A stretch of 34,675 nt of DNA from Nostoc sp. DedSLP01. GTDB taxonomy: Bacteria > Cyanobacteriota > Cyanobacteriia > Cyanobacteriales > Nostocaceae. Of the stretch, positions 1 to 10,855 are shown one piece after another; position 1 is the first letter of the stretch, and each line of letters begins with the position of its first letter. The notes under the pieces are model-generated. The model saw nothing but the letters and a program-made list of their open reading frames with translations, was not told the origin of the DNA and made no database searches. The stretch spans positions 1 to 34,675 of the forward strand of contig JAVRCJ020000058.1 in the NCBI GenBank assembly GCA_034530875.2, read 5' to 3'. The position numbers were made by a program, and so were the translations under genes.

Positions 1-2
1 TA

Positions 3-3000
3 CTCAATAGCAACAATTTGGATGACTACAGCACTCAGTTACAACAGTGGAGAAATTATTTAACTGATGATGCTGACATTCTGCTTTATGGTTGCAACGT
101 GGCATCTTCTGATACAAGTTTTATCCAACTTTTGAGCCAAATCACAGGGGCAGATGTGGCGGCTTCTGATGACATCACCGGTAGTACTGAACTGGGTGGT
201 GACTGGGATTTAGAAGTGAAAATTGGCTCAATTGAGTCAGATTTAGCCTTAGCACCAGAGGCAACGACGGCTTATCGCTCAATTTTACCCTTAGCATTTA
301 CAACTGGCAGCAGCTTTGGCGTCGGAAGCAGTCCGGGTTTTGTCACAGTGGGGGACTTCAACAAAGACGGTAACCTTGACCTGGTGGTAGCGAATGCAAA
401 CTCCGACAATGTTTCAGTGCTGTTGGGCAATGGCAGTGGTAGTTTTGGCGCTACCAGCAATTTTGCTGTGGGAGACCATCCTACTTCGGTAACAGTGGGA
501 GACTTCAACAAAGACGGTAACCTTGACTTAGCAGTGACTAACTATTTCTCCAACAACGTTTCAGTCTTGTTGGGAAATGGCAGTGGTGGTTTTGGCGCTG
601 CCAGCAACTTTAACGTAGGAACTGCTCCGCTTTCCGTAACAGTGGGTGATTTCAACAAAGACGGCAACTTAGACTTAGCAGTAGCTAACTCTGGCTCCAA
701 CGACGTTTCAGTGGTGTTAGGCAATGGCAGTGGTAGTTTTGGCGCTGCCAGCAATTTTGCCGTGGCAATGACTCCTTATTCGGTGACGGTGGGTGACTTC
801 AACAAAGACGGCAACTTAGATTTAGCGGTGGCTTCGATAGACTCCGGTAACATTTCAGTACTGTTGGGCAATGGCAGTGGTGGTTTTAGCGCTGCTAACA
901 ACTTTGGTGTAGGAGGTGCTTCACTTTCGATAACAGTGGGGGACTTCAATAAAGACGGTAACTCTGATTTAGCAGTGGCTTTGGTTGACTTCACCAAAGT
1001 TTCAGTGGTGTTGGGCAATGGCAGTGGTGGTTTTGGAACTGCCAGTCACTTTGACGTGGCAGACAGTCCCACATCCGTGACAGTAGGTGACTTTGACAAA
1101 GACGGTAACTCTGATTTAGCAGTAGTTGACTTCAACAAAGCATCAGTTTTGTTGGGCAATGGTAGCGGTGGTTTTGGAACTGCCAGCACCTTTGATGTGG
1201 GAAGCAATCCCTATTCTGTGATAGTGGGGGACTTCAACAAAGACGGCAACTCTGACCTAGCGGTGGCTAACTCTGGCTCCAACAACGTTTCAGTGCTGCT
1301 CAATATTAGTGCCCCGGCCAACACAGCGCCAACACTGAATAACGCAGGTAATCCTAAACTTGCTACCATTACCCAAGACATAAGCAATGTCAACAACTCT
1401 GGTACTTTGGTTTCTACCATCCTTGCTACAGGTGCAGGTGGTAACCCTATTACTGATACCGATACAGGTGCAGTAGAAGGAATTGCCGTCATTGGTGTAG
1501 ATAATGCTAACGGTACTTGGCAATACTCAATAGATGACGGTAACAATTGGATTAATTTCGTTGTATCTGAGACTTCCGGTACATTGCTCAGAGATACAGC
1601 AAAAATTCGTTTTGTCCCCAACCCTGGCTACAACGGTACGTCTGAAATTACCTTCCGCGCTTGGGATGCGTCAGACGGAAACCCCAGCGGCACCACTAAC
1701 GTAGTTCCTGGCGTTGGTGGTGGTACTACACCCTATAGTACTGCTACTGAAACTGCTAGTATCTCAGTTATACCTAGCACGTTTGAGGTGGGATTAAGAC
1801 CCTATTCCATTGTTGTTGCCGACTTTGACAAAGATGGTTATGCAGATTTAGTAACGGCAAATAAGTCTTCTCAAAGCGTTTCGGTACTGTTGGGAAAGGG
1901 CGATGGCACTTTTCAAACTGCCAAAAACTCTAGCATAACCGGGATCAGCGGGATAAATCCCTATTCTGTCGCTGTAGCTGATTTCAACAATGACGGCAAA
2001 TTGGATGTAGTAACCGCAAACAATGTCTCTAATAACATTTCGGTGCTGTTTGGTAAGGGTGATGGTAGCTTTGAAACTGCTGTGAATTTTGCTTTGGCAT
2101 CAGCATCAGCTCCGGTATCCGTTGCAGTGGACGACTTCAACGGTGATGGAAAATCTGACATAGTAACGGTAAACAACGCTTCCCAAAATATTTCAGTGCT
2201 GTTGGGAAATGGTATCGGTGGTTTTACAGCTGCTCAAAATTTTAAAGTTCCCAGCCGTCCCACTTCTGTCACAGTAGGCGACTTCGATGGTAATGGAATA
2301 TCTGATTTAGCAGTGACGAGTTCTTACTTCAATAACGTCTCAGTGCTGTTGGGAAATGGTGATGGCACTTTTAATTCAGCCACTTCATTTGCTGTGGGAA
2401 CAAATCCTAATTCTGTCGTCGCAGGTGACTTCAATAGAGATAACAAATTAGATTTGGCAGTGGCAAATTCAGCCTCTAACAATGTCTCAATATTGTTGGG
2501 CAATGGCACTGGTGGTTTTGGAGTTGCCACAAACTTTGATGTGGGGTTAAATCCGGCATCCGTGACAGTAATTGACTTTGATAAAGACGGTAACGCTGAC
2601 TTAGCAGTGGCAAATGCAGGCTCCAACACAGTTTCAGTGCTGCTCGGAGATGGCAATGGTGGCTTTGGAATTGCTACAAACTTTGATGTCGGGACAAAAC
2701 CCTATTATGTCAGTGTAGGGGATTTCAACAATGATGGTAAATCTGACTTGGCAGTGGCAAACAGCGAATCTAAAAATGTTTCGGTGGTACTGAGCAAACC
2801 TGACGATCCTGTTCCGCCTCAAGCGATACTCATCAACGAAATTCTCTTCAGTACTTCAACTAATCACGAATATATCGAATTACGCGGCACTCCCGGTGCT
2901 ATTTTAGCAAATGGAACTTATTTAGTTGCTGTTGAGGGTGATAGCGCATCTAATCCTGGTGATATTCAGAATATTTTTGATTTGTCTGGTAAACAGTTTG

Positions 3001-5021
3001 GAAGCAATGGTTTGTTGGTTCTTTTGCAAAAAGGGAATACTTACACAGGCAACCCTGCCGCAAATGTCCTAACTAATACCGGAAATGGAGCCGGATGGGG
3101 GAATGGAACCTCTGGTTCAAACTCCAGTTCAATCGGTCACAGTGGTGATACTGGTACAACAAATAACATTGAAAATGGATCTGCAAGTTTCTTGTTGATT
3201 CAAAGTACTGGTGTACCAAGTTTGAGCAATGATATCGATTTAAATAATGATGGTATTGCTGATGGTGCTACTTACTCAAATTGGATTGTACTGGATTCAG
3301 TTTCAGTTTTAGATGGAGGAACTACAGATTTAGCATACGGCTCGATTGTATTTAGAAAAGGTGCTGTGGGTTCAGCTCCAACTAATGCCACAGTTGTTGA
3401 CACTTCATTTATCGCTGGATATGTAGGGCGTTCGGGTGATACGACAGGTTCAACAGCTTCAGATTGGGTGGCAAGTTTAGTCACTGGCACAGCACCGAAT
3501 TTGTTATTAGGTAATGCTGCCAATACATCACCTGCAAAATTTGCTAGTCAACCGCTAAATCACATAGGCGATACTAACTTTGTTCCTCCTGCTAATATCA
3601 ATTACGCCATCTCAACTAGTACTCCAACTTTGACTGAAGGTAATAGTGGTACGCAAACTGTTACTTTCACTGTGACTCGTAGTGGTAATACTGCTGTTAC
3701 CAGTACTGTAAATTATGCCTTCGATGGCACAGCAACGTTTATCAGCGATTACAACACTATTAAAGTTGCAGGTGTGACAGCTAGCTCATCTGGAGCTTTA
3801 ATCTTTGCTGCTGGGGAAACAACAAAGGCTATTACATTAAATGTAATAGGTGAAAAGGTCACTGAAGTTAACGAAACCATTAATCTAACGCTGAGCCACC
3901 CGAACCAGCAAAATCCTATTACCAATCCAGCTACAGTTACCATAGTTAATGATGACGACCCACCAACTATCTCCATAGTGGATAAAAGCGGTACGGAAGA
4001 CAGTGGTAGTTTTCTTGTGACCGTCAAACTCTCTAATGCCAGCAGTGAAATAGTCACAGTCGATTACAGCACTAGTAATGATACTGCGATCGCTGGCGTT
4101 GATTACACCCCAGTCACAGGAACCCTGATTTTCAATCCTGGAGTTACTACTCAAACAATCGCCGTACCAGTCATAGACGATTTTATTGACGAAATCAATG
4201 AGCGCTTTTTCATCAATCTGACTAATCCTACCAATGCCACGATTGTTGATAACCAAGCTAACGGTACAATCACTGACGACGATACAGCAGGTTTCACGAT
4301 TTCTCCTGTGAATGCATTAGTAACTACTGAAGCTGGTGGTAGTGCTAACTTCACTATTCAACTTAATAGCCAACCCACTGCCGATGTGACCTTAAGTTTG
4401 AGCAGTTCCAAGCCGAGTGAAGGTACTGTTTCAGTTTCCAGCGTTACATTTACCGCAGCTAACTGGAATACACTCCAAACCATCACAGTTACAGGTGTTA
4501 ACGATGGTGTTGCAGATGACAACATTGTTTACCAAATTATTACTGGCACAGCAGTTAGTAGCGATGCCAAATATAACAATGTCAACCCCAGCGATATTGA
4601 TGCCGTCAACATTAAAACTGGCAACCAAATTAGTAGTATCATCACAGGTTCAGCTTCGGTTAATAACTTGCAGGGAACTAGCTCAGACGATCTGATTTTC
4701 GGCTTTGCTGGTGGTGACACTATTGTTGCTGGAGGGGGAAACGATCGCATTTATGGTGGTTTGGGTGCTGATATTCTTACAGGAGGCGCAGGTAATGATA
4801 TCTTTGTGCTTGCCAAGACTGAAGGTAGAGATACGATCAAAGACTTCAACATTAATGAAGATTTGATTGCTTTATCAGGGGGTTTGACCTTCTCAAATTT
4901 ATCTATTACTCAAAGCGTCAATGATACCTTAATTAAGGTTACAGCTAATAATGAAAGCCTTGCTTTGTTAACTGGAATTACTGCATCAACTATCAACGCT
5001 AGTCATTTCATTACTTACTAG
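3..5021 (+). CDS. Giant secreted/surface protein, 5'-partial: DUF4347 C-terminal part, two FG-GAP/VCBS beta-propellers, Ig/cadherin-like domain, lamin-tail-like domain, Calx-beta domains, C-terminal RTX repeats (probable T1SS adhesin)
   Basis: The frame is open from base 3, so the TTG at 18 is probably not the true start. DUF4347-like ADILLYGCNVA...GADVAASDDITG...GGDWDLE. 49-aa repeats VGDFNKDGNLDLAVAN...VSVLLGNGSG in two blocks of 7. INEILF...EYIELRG segment. Calx-beta motifs. GGNDRIYGGLGADILTGGAGNDIF nonapeptide repeats near the C-terminus. Confidence 0.9.
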   Translation, partial: LNSNNLDDYSTQLQQWRNYLTDDADILLYGCNVASSDTSFIQLLSQITGADVAASDDITGSTELGGDWDLEVKIGSIESDLALAPEATTAYRSILPLAFTTGSSFGVGSSPGFVTVGDFNKDGNLDLVVANANSDNVSVLLGNGSGSFGATSNFAVGDHPTSVTVGDFNKDGNLDLAVTNYFSNNVSVLLGNGSGGFGAASNFNVGTAPLSVTVGDFNKDGNLDLAVANSGSNDVSVVLGNGSGSFGAASNFAVAMTPYSVTVGDFNKDGNLDLAVASIDSGNISVLLGNGSGGFSAANNFGVGGASLSITVGDFNKDGNSDLAVALVDFTKVSVVLGNGSGGFGTASHFDVADSPTSVTVGDFDKDGNSDLAVVDFNKASVLLGNGSGGFGTASTFDVGSNPYSVIVGDFNKDGNSDLAVANSGSNNVSVLLNISAPANTAPTLNNAGNPKLATITQDISNVNNSGTLVSTILATGAGGNPITDTDTGAVEGIAVIGVDNANGTWQYSIDDGNNWINFVVSETSGTLLRDTAKIRFVPNPGYNGTSEITFRAWDASDGNPSGTTNVVPGVGGGTTPYSTATETASISVIPSTFEVGLRPYSIVVADFDKDGYADLVTANKSSQSVSVLLGKGDGTFQTAKNSSITGISGINPYSVAVADFNNDGKLDVVTANNVSNNISVLFGKGDGSFETAVNFALASASAPVSVAVDDFNGDGKSDIVTVNNASQNISVLLGNGIGGFTAAQNFKVPSRPTSVTVGDFDGNGISDLAVTSSYFNNVSVLLGNGDGTFNSATSFAVGTNPNSVVAGDFNRDNKLDLAVANSASNNVSILLGNGTGGFGVATNFDVGLNPASVTVIDFDKDGNADLAVANAGSNTVSVLLGDGNGGFGIATNFDVGTKPYYVSVGDFNNDGKSDLAVANSESKNVSVVLSKPDDPVPPQAILINEILFSTSTNHEYIELRGTPGAILANGTYLVAVEGDSASNPGDIQNIFDLSGKQFGSNGLLVLLQKGNTYTGNPAANVLTNTGNGAGWGNGTSGSNSSSIGHSGDTGTTNNIENGSASFLLIQSTGVPSLSNDIDLNNDGIADGATYSNWIVLDSVSVLDGGTTDLAYGSIVFRKGAVGSAPTNATVVDTSFIAGYVGRSGDTTGSTASDWVASLVTGTAPNLLLGNAANTSPAKFASQPLNHIGDTNFVPPANINYAISTSTPTLTEGNSGTQTVTFTVTRSGNTAVTSTVNYAFDGTATFISDYNTIKVAGVTASSSGALIFAAGETTKAITLNVIGEKVTEVNETINLTLSHPNQQNPITNPATVTIVNDDDPPTISIVDKSGTEDSGSFLVTVKLSNASSEIVTVDYSTSNDTAIAGVDYTPVTGTLIFNPGVTTQTIAVPVIDDFIDEINERFFINLTNPTNATIVDNQANGTITDDDTAGFTISPVNALVTTEAGGSANFTIQLNSQPTADVTLSLSSSKPSEGTVSVSSVTFTAANWNTLQTITVTGVNDGVADDNIVYQIITGTAVSSDAKYNNVNPSDIDAVNIKTGNQISSIITGSASVNNLQGTSSDDLIFGFAGGDTIVAGGGNDRIYGGLGADILTGGAGNDIFVLAKTEGRDTIKDFNINEDLIALSGGLTFSNLSITQSVNDTLIKVTANNESLALLTGITASTINASHFITY
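300..1305 (+). repeat. Intragenic FG-GAP repeat block 1 (7 units, about 147-bp period)
   Basis: GA(C/T)TTCAA(C/T)AAAGACGG recurs at about 354, 501, 648, 795 and 942 (147-bp spacing), with two further units after that. A second 7-unit block lies at about 1780-2795. Confidence 0.85.
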
Positions 5022-5049
5022 TAAAGGACAGCATTAATCAAGTAATTAT

Positions 5050-5075
5050 ACCCGGTTTATTTAGATAAACCGGGT
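5050..5075 (+). terminator. Hairpin downstream of the first adhesin gene (probable terminator)
   Basis: Perfect 11-bp inverted repeat ACCCGGTTTAT-ttag-ATAAACCGGGT, 28 nt after the stop codon. The U-tract is weak. Confidence 0.6.
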
Positions 5076-5419
5076 TCCTAAATTTTTGCTCACAATATAG
5101 GTTTGCAACTTTTTTGTAGTCAAACTATTATCTTTGATTGCAATGACGATAAAAAAGTTGAAATTAACAAGAAATATGGTGTTGTGAATGTTGCGATCGC
5201 TAATAGCCGATTGATTGTCAAAATCTAAAATTTTGACAGCTAATACTTTTACTATACATAGATGAATACTATTTCTAAGACTTCTTAGATATTTCAGTAA
5301 AAATACCCTAGTAATTATTACATTTTTAGAGCTAAATGAGCGATAAAACAGTTTTCTAGTAGCCCTTATATCTGAAATATATCTTAATCTCTCGAAAGTT
5401 TTATCAAAGGACAAAAATT

Positions 5420-8400
5420 ATGACGAAACAGCTAAAAAATAGTTGCCTGGAAAGCCAAAATAATTCTATTAAAAACTTCCTAGAAGCAAGCAGAAATATT
5501 GTTTTTATAGATGCGGCAGTTATTGATTACCAAAGCTTGCTAACTGGTATCGTACTCGGTAGTGAAGTTGTTATCCTTGACCCCAAGAAAGATGGTTTAA
5601 CGCAAATCAATGAGTTTTTAGCAGGATGTAAATCTAACTCAGTTCAATCAGTTCATATTGTCTCTCATGGCAGCCAAGGAAGTTTGCAATTGGGGTCAAC
5701 TTACCTTAACCTCACCAACCTCAATAGCTATGCAAATCAGTTACAAAAGTGGGCAAGTGTTTTAACTGATAAAGCTGACATTCTACTTTATGGGTGTGAT
5801 GTAGCTAGCGGTTCTGGTATGGAATTTGTGCAGCTTCTTAGCCGAATTACTGGGGCAGATGTTGCTGCTTCCACTAATAAAACAGGAAGTGCAGCTTTAG
5901 GTGGCGACTGGAATTTAGAGGTGAAAACAGGGAAAATCGAGGCTTCTCTGGCATTTCAACCTGAAGTAATACAAGCCTATCAATCTATTTTGCCAGCTAG
6001 TTTTACTGGTGCATACTCTCAATACTTTAATTCATTAGCTAGTTCTGGAACATCCATTTCTTGGGTTGATGATTCAACCATTTCCGGTTGGTATACCACA
6101 AGAACAAGTTACAACCCTGGTGGTGGTACTAATAATACAGGTGGATTGTATAGTTTTGGTACTACTGTCGGCGATCGGGCGCTTGGTTCTGTGGCTTCTG
6201 CTAGTACAGGAGCTATTTATTATGGGTTACGCCTCCAAAACAACACAGGTTCATCAATTACTCAATTGCAAGTAGGTTACACAGGCGAACAATGGCGTAA
6301 TGGTGGTAATACATCTTATCAACAGCTGAAATTTAGTTATCAAACTGGGTCAACTCTTACAAGTTTGACAACAGGAACATGGACGCCTGTGACATTGCTA
6401 GATTTCACCGCGCCAATTGCAGGTGCAACTTCAGCTGCCTTAAATGGCAATCAAGCTGCCAATCGAGTTGTTATAGCACCCGTAATATTGAATCTAGCTA
6501 CCCCAATAGCTAACGGTCAAGAGATTATATTGCGTTGGGAAGACATAGATGATGCAGGTAACGATCATGGTTTAGCGATTGACGATGTATCTGTCAAAGT
6601 AGATTACACCACGTATACAGTAACTAACACCAACGACAGCGGCGTTGGCTCGTTAAGGCAAGCTATTATCAATGCCAATAACGATCCAGGGATTGAGACA
6701 ATCATCTTTGATACGAATGGGGTATTTGGTGATGCTACCCCTGATACCATTACCCTGACTTCTGGGGAACTGAATGTTACTCAAGGAATAACTATTCAAG
6801 GAACTGGGGCTAATAAACTTACCATCAGTGGTAACAATACTTCTCGTATTTTTAATGCTAGTGCGTCCCTCAGTATTGATGGATTGAAGATAACTGGAGG
6901 TAATGCAGGAAATAATAACGGTGGTGCCATCTACAGCACGAGTAGTGTCACACTGAGCAATAGTATTATTTCTAATAACATTGCAAACCTTAGCGGTGGC
7001 GGCATCTACAGCAATAGTGTCACACTCAGCAATAGCACCATTTCCAGCAACACTGCAAACACAAACGGTGGCGGTATCTACAGCAGTAGCGCCACAGTGA
7101 GCAATAGTACTATTTCTGGTAACATAGCCAACGTTGGGGGAGGCATTTACAGCAGCAATGCCACAGTTAATAATAGTACTCTTTCTGGCAACACAGCAAA
7201 CAGCAATGGCGGCGGCATCTACAGCAATACTAGTTTCACCATCAGTAATAGCACTATTTCTAGCAATACAGCCGTAACTTCTGGTGGCGGCATCTATAGC
7301 AGTAGCGCCACAGTCAGTAATAGTACTATTTTCGGCAACACTGCTGATAGTGACAACAATGGCATAGGTGATGGTGGTGGCATTTACAAATTTAGCGGTA
7401 CAGCGACTATCAGCAATAGCATCATTGCTGGCAATATCGATCCGGGCAATCAAGGAGCCGATGTCTACGGTAGCAGCTTCAATGGTAATGCTTATAACCT
7501 GATTGGTAAAACTGTTGGTCAATCATCGGGGACTTTAGGCACGGGTACAGATATTGTTAACCCCAACCCCGGACTTAAACCGCTAGGAAATTATGGTGGT
7601 TCTACACAAACTCACGCCCTAAACTTTAACAGTCCTGCCAGGAATGCTGGCAATCCCAGTTACAGCGGTGGCTTAACTACCGACCAACGCGGCACAGGTT
7701 TTAACCGTATTGAAAGCGGCAGACTTGACATTGGAGCATTTGAATACATACTTCCAAAGGTCAACTTTGGTGCTGCTACGTACAATGCAACAGAAGATAG
7801 TACCGCTACTATAGTAACTATTCCTGTTACCTTAGATGCCTCTCCTGAAACGGCTGTCACAGTTCCTATTGTTATTAAAATTAGTAGCACGGCTAGTAAT
7901 GGCAACGATTACACTTTTTCGCCCGCTACTATCTCTTTTGCTGCTGGGGCAACAGGCTCAAATTTAACCCAGCTAATTACTTTTACTATTAATCCAGACG
8001 ATTTACCTGAGAATGCTGAAACAGTTGTACTTAACTTCGGGACGCTAGCGGGGGCTGATTTAGGGACAATAACTGAAACTACTTTAAATATTGCTGCTAA
8101 CGATTCAATTTTATATGCAGTTTCTAGTGCTATCTCAAATGTAACTGAAGGTAATAGTGGTACTCAAACTGTTAGCTTCACGGTTACTCGTAGCGGTGGT
8201 ATTGGGGTGGCTAGTACCATAAATTATGCTTTTAGCGGTGCGGGAAGTTTTGGCAGTGACTATAACAATATTCAAGTTACAAATGGAGGAACTACTTCAT
8301 CTGGAACTTTAAACTTTGCTGTTGGGGAAAAGACAAAGACAATTACAGTCGATGTTTTGGGTGACAACATATTTGAAATCAATGAAGATATTATTCTTAC

Positions 8401-10552
8401 TCTGAGTAACCCAAATCTCACAGCTGCACCAGAAAATTCCACAATTACTAATAGTTCGGCAACAGTAAACATTAACAACGATGATAACCAACCAACTATT
8501 AGTATTTTGGATGTCTCAGTTACTGAAGGTAATACAGGCGCAACAACTAATGCTAATTTTACTATTGCTCTCTCCAATCCTAGTTATCAGACAGTTACTG
8601 TCAATTACAACACTAGCGATGGCACTGCTCAAATTGCTGATTCTGATTACAATTCTGGTTTAGGAACGATTACTTTTAATCCTGGAGAAACCAGCAAAGT
8701 TATTAGTATTGGCGTCATCGGCGATAACAAATTTGAAACTGATGAAATATTTTCTGTCAATCTTTTGGGTGCGACAAATGCCAGCATTACAGATAGTTTA
8801 GGAATTGGTATCATCATTAACGATGACAATCAACCAACTATTAGCATTTCGGATATTTCAATTAATGAAGGGAATACAGGGGCAACAAGTAATGCTAACT
8901 TTACTATTACTCTCTCTAATCCCAGTTCACAACAGGTAACTGTTAATTACAACACGAGTGATGGTACTGCTCAAATTACTGATTCCGATTACAATTTTGC
9001 TTCTGGGACGATTACTTTTAACCCTGGCGAAACTAGCAAAGTTATTAGTATTGGGGTTATCGGTGATAATAAAACTGAAGGCGACGAGACATTTTCTGTA
9101 AATATTTTAGGCGCGACAAATGCCACTATTGCAGATAGTTTAGGAGTTGGTACTATTATCAATGATGATACCCAACCAACTATCAGCATTTCGGATGTCT
9201 CAGTTACTGAAGGGAATACAGGCACAACAACTAATGCTAATTTTACTATCGCTCTCTCTCATTCCAGTTCCCAGCAGGTAACTGTTAATTATAACACGAG
9301 TAATGGTACTGCTCAAATTGCTGATTTCGATTACAATTTTGCTTCTGGGACGATTATTTTTAATCCTGGCGAAACTAGCAAAGTTATTAGTATTGGCGTT
9401 ATAGGTGATAAAAAATTTGAAACTGACGAGACATTTGCTGTCAATCTTTTAGGCGCGACAAATGCCAGTATTGCAGATAATTTAGGAGTTGGTACTATCA
9501 TTAACGATGATAATCAACCAACTATTAGCATTTCAGATGTCTCAGTTAATGAAGGGAATACAGGCACAACAAGTAATGCTAACTTTACTATTACTCTCTC
9601 CAATCCCAGTTACCAGCAAGTTACTGTCAATTACAACACGAGTGATGGTACTGCTGAAGTTGCTGATTCGGATTACAATTCTGATTTAGGAACGATTACT
9701 TTTAATCCTGGTGAAATTAGTAAAACCATTAGTATTGATATCATCGGCGATGACAATTTTGAAAATGACGAAATATTTTCTGTCAATCTTTTGGGTGCGA
9801 CAAACGCCACCATTGCAGATAGTTTAGGAATTGCTACTATTCTTGATGATGACAGCAACTTATTCCCCACTCTCAAAATTTCGGATGTCTTTGTTAATGA
9901 AGGTAACACAGGCGCAACAACTAATGCTAATTTCACCGTCACTCTTTCTGAAGCTAGTTCCGACCAGGTTACCGTAAATTACAACACTAGTGATGGTACT
10001 GCTCAAGTTGCTGATTCAGATTACAATTCTGCTTCAGGGACGATTATTTTTACTCCTGGCGAAACCAGCAAAACTGTTAGTATTGGTGTCATTGGCGATA
10101 ATCAAGCTGAAATCAACGAAACATTTTCTGTTAATCTCTTCGGTGCAACAAAAGCCAGAATTACAGATAGCTTGGGAGTAGGTACTATCATGAATGATGA
10201 CAACTTACCCCCCACAGTTAGCATTTCCAATGTATCTATCAATGAAGGTACTATAGGGAGAACAACTAATGCTAATTTTGCTGTCACTCTCTCGAATCAA
10301 TTCTCTCAACAAGTAATTGTAAATTACAGTACGAGTGATGGAACTGCCAAAGTTTCTGACTCTGATTATATTTCTGCATTAGGAACAATTATTTTCCAGC
10401 CTAGCGAAACTAGCAAAGTCATTAGTATTGGCGTTAAAGGTGATATTAAAGTTGAAACTGACGAAATCTTTTATGTCAATATCTATGGTGCGGCAAATGC
10501 TACGTTTGGTAATAGTCAAGGTGTTGGTACTATTTTAAATGATGACCGCTAG
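5420..10552 (+). CDS. Giant surface protein: DUF4347, jelly-roll-like domain, Pmp-like beta-helix (GGGIY repeats) with choice-of-anchor-Q-like cap, 8 Calx-beta domains
   Basis: AAGGA RBS before the ATG. IVFIDAAV...HIVSHGSQGSLQLG...ADILLYGC...GGDWNLE (DUF4347). TVTNTNDSGVGSLRQAI. Repeated NSTISxNTA...GGGIY. LGNYGGSTQTHAL...SPARNAG...DQRG...DIGAFE. Tandem PTISISDVSVTEGN...DYN...FNPGETSK...GTIINDD units. Confidence 0.9.
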   Translation: MTKQLKNSCLESQNNSIKNFLEASRNIVFIDAAVIDYQSLLTGIVLGSEVVILDPKKDGLTQINEFLAGCKSNSVQSVHIVSHGSQGSLQLGSTYLNLTNLNSYANQLQKWASVLTDKADILLYGCDVASGSGMEFVQLLSRITGADVAASTNKTGSAALGGDWNLEVKTGKIEASLAFQPEVIQAYQSILPASFTGAYSQYFNSLASSGTSISWVDDSTISGWYTTRTSYNPGGGTNNTGGLYSFGTTVGDRALGSVASASTGAIYYGLRLQNNTGSSITQLQVGYTGEQWRNGGNTSYQQLKFSYQTGSTLTSLTTGTWTPVTLLDFTAPIAGATSAALNGNQAANRVVIAPVILNLATPIANGQEIILRWEDIDDAGNDHGLAIDDVSVKVDYTTYTVTNTNDSGVGSLRQAIINANNDPGIETIIFDTNGVFGDATPDTITLTSGELNVTQGITIQGTGANKLTISGNNTSRIFNASASLSIDGLKITGGNAGNNNGGAIYSTSSVTLSNSIISNNIANLSGGGIYSNSVTLSNSTISSNTANTNGGGIYSSSATVSNSTISGNIANVGGGIYSSNATVNNSTLSGNTANSNGGGIYSNTSFTISNSTISSNTAVTSGGGIYSSSATVSNSTIFGNTADSDNNGIGDGGGIYKFSGTATISNSIIAGNIDPGNQGADVYGSSFNGNAYNLIGKTVGQSSGTLGTGTDIVNPNPGLKPLGNYGGSTQTHALNFNSPARNAGNPSYSGGLTTDQRGTGFNRIESGRLDIGAFEYILPKVNFGAATYNATEDSTATIVTIPVTLDASPETAVTVPIVIKISSTASNGNDYTFSPATISFAAGATGSNLTQLITFTINPDDLPENAETVVLNFGTLAGADLGTITETTLNIAANDSILYAVSSAISNVTEGNSGTQTVSFTVTRSGGIGVASTINYAFSGAGSFGSDYNNIQVTNGGTTSSGTLNFAVGEKTKTITVDVLGDNIFEINEDIILTLSNPNLTAAPENSTITNSSATVNINNDDNQPTISILDVSVTEGNTGATTNANFTIALSNPSYQTVTVNYNTSDGTAQIADSDYNSGLGTITFNPGETSKVISIGVIGDNKFETDEIFSVNLLGATNASITDSLGIGIIINDDNQPTISISDISINEGNTGATSNANFTITLSNPSSQQVTVNYNTSDGTAQITDSDYNFASGTITFNPGETSKVISIGVIGDNKTEGDETFSVNILGATNATIADSLGVGTIINDDTQPTISISDVSVTEGNTGTTTNANFTIALSHSSSQQVTVNYNTSNGTAQIADFDYNFASGTIIFNPGETSKVISIGVIGDKKFETDETFAVNLLGATNASIADNLGVGTIINDDNQPTISISDVSVNEGNTGTTSNANFTITLSNPSYQQVTVNYNTSDGTAEVADSDYNSDLGTITFNPGEISKTISIDIIGDDNFENDEIFSVNLLGATNATIADSLGIATILDDDSNLFPTLKISDVFVNEGNTGATTNANFTVTLSEASSDQVTVNYNTSDGTAQVADSDYNSASGTIIFTPGETSKTVSIGVIGDNQAEINETFSVNLFGATKARITDSLGVGTIMNDDNLPPTVSISNVSINEGTIGRTTNANFAVTLSNQFSQQVIVNYSTSDGTAKVSDSDYISALGTIIFQPSETSKVISIGVKGDIKVETDEIFYVNIYGAANATFGNSQGVGTILNDDR
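8489..10549 (+). repeat. Six similar tandem Calx-beta coding repeats (342-bp period for the first four)
   Basis: CAACCAACTAT starts at 8489, 8831, 9173 and 9515 (exactly 342 bp apart). Two more diverged units follow. Confidence 0.85.
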
Positions 10553-10645
10553 TAGAAGGCAGGAGGTAGGAGGCAAAAGGAAAGAGGATTTGAGCTAAGT
10601 TAACCTTTATTAACATAGTTTGATTTTTTCACACTGGCTTACTTA
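10550..10645. repeat. Short dispersed element related to the one at 16912-17046
   Basis: Begins TAGTAGAAGGCAGGAGG (AGTAGAAGGCAGGAGG is identical to 16914-16929) and ends TTACTTA. Contains GGCAGGA-type heptamers. Confidence 0.5.
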
Positions 10646-10676
10646 TTTAGTAATTCAAAATTCAAAATTAAGAAAC

Positions 10677-10855
10677 TAGGACTTACGCAGGTTCCACGAA
10701 TTCTTCTCTACGAGACGCTGCGCGAAGGCGTTCTTCTCTTCTCTACGAGACGCTAAGAGCGAACGAGACGCTGCGCGTTCGCGAAGCGTTCCGCAGGAAA
10801 GGCGTCTTGGCGGTTCGATAAATTAAGCTTTTCAGCTATTTTTGCGTAAGTCCTG
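10677..10855. mobile_element. MITE-like non-autonomous element with terminal inverted repeats and 5-bp target-site duplication
   Basis: Perfect 12-bp TIR: AGGACTTACGCA (10678-10689) and TGCGTAAGTCCT (10843-10854). GAAAC is directly repeated at 10672-10676 and 10856-10860. No ORF inside. Confidence 0.8.

Noticed and set aside
5061..5414. 117-aa minus-strand ORF between the adhesin genes
   Set aside because: Non-ATG start, AT-rich, no motifs, and it covers the promoter region of the next gene.
272..10287. Many short antisense or alternative-frame ORFs inside the two giant genes
   Set aside because: Shadows of repetitive, biased codon usage; no independent protein motifs.
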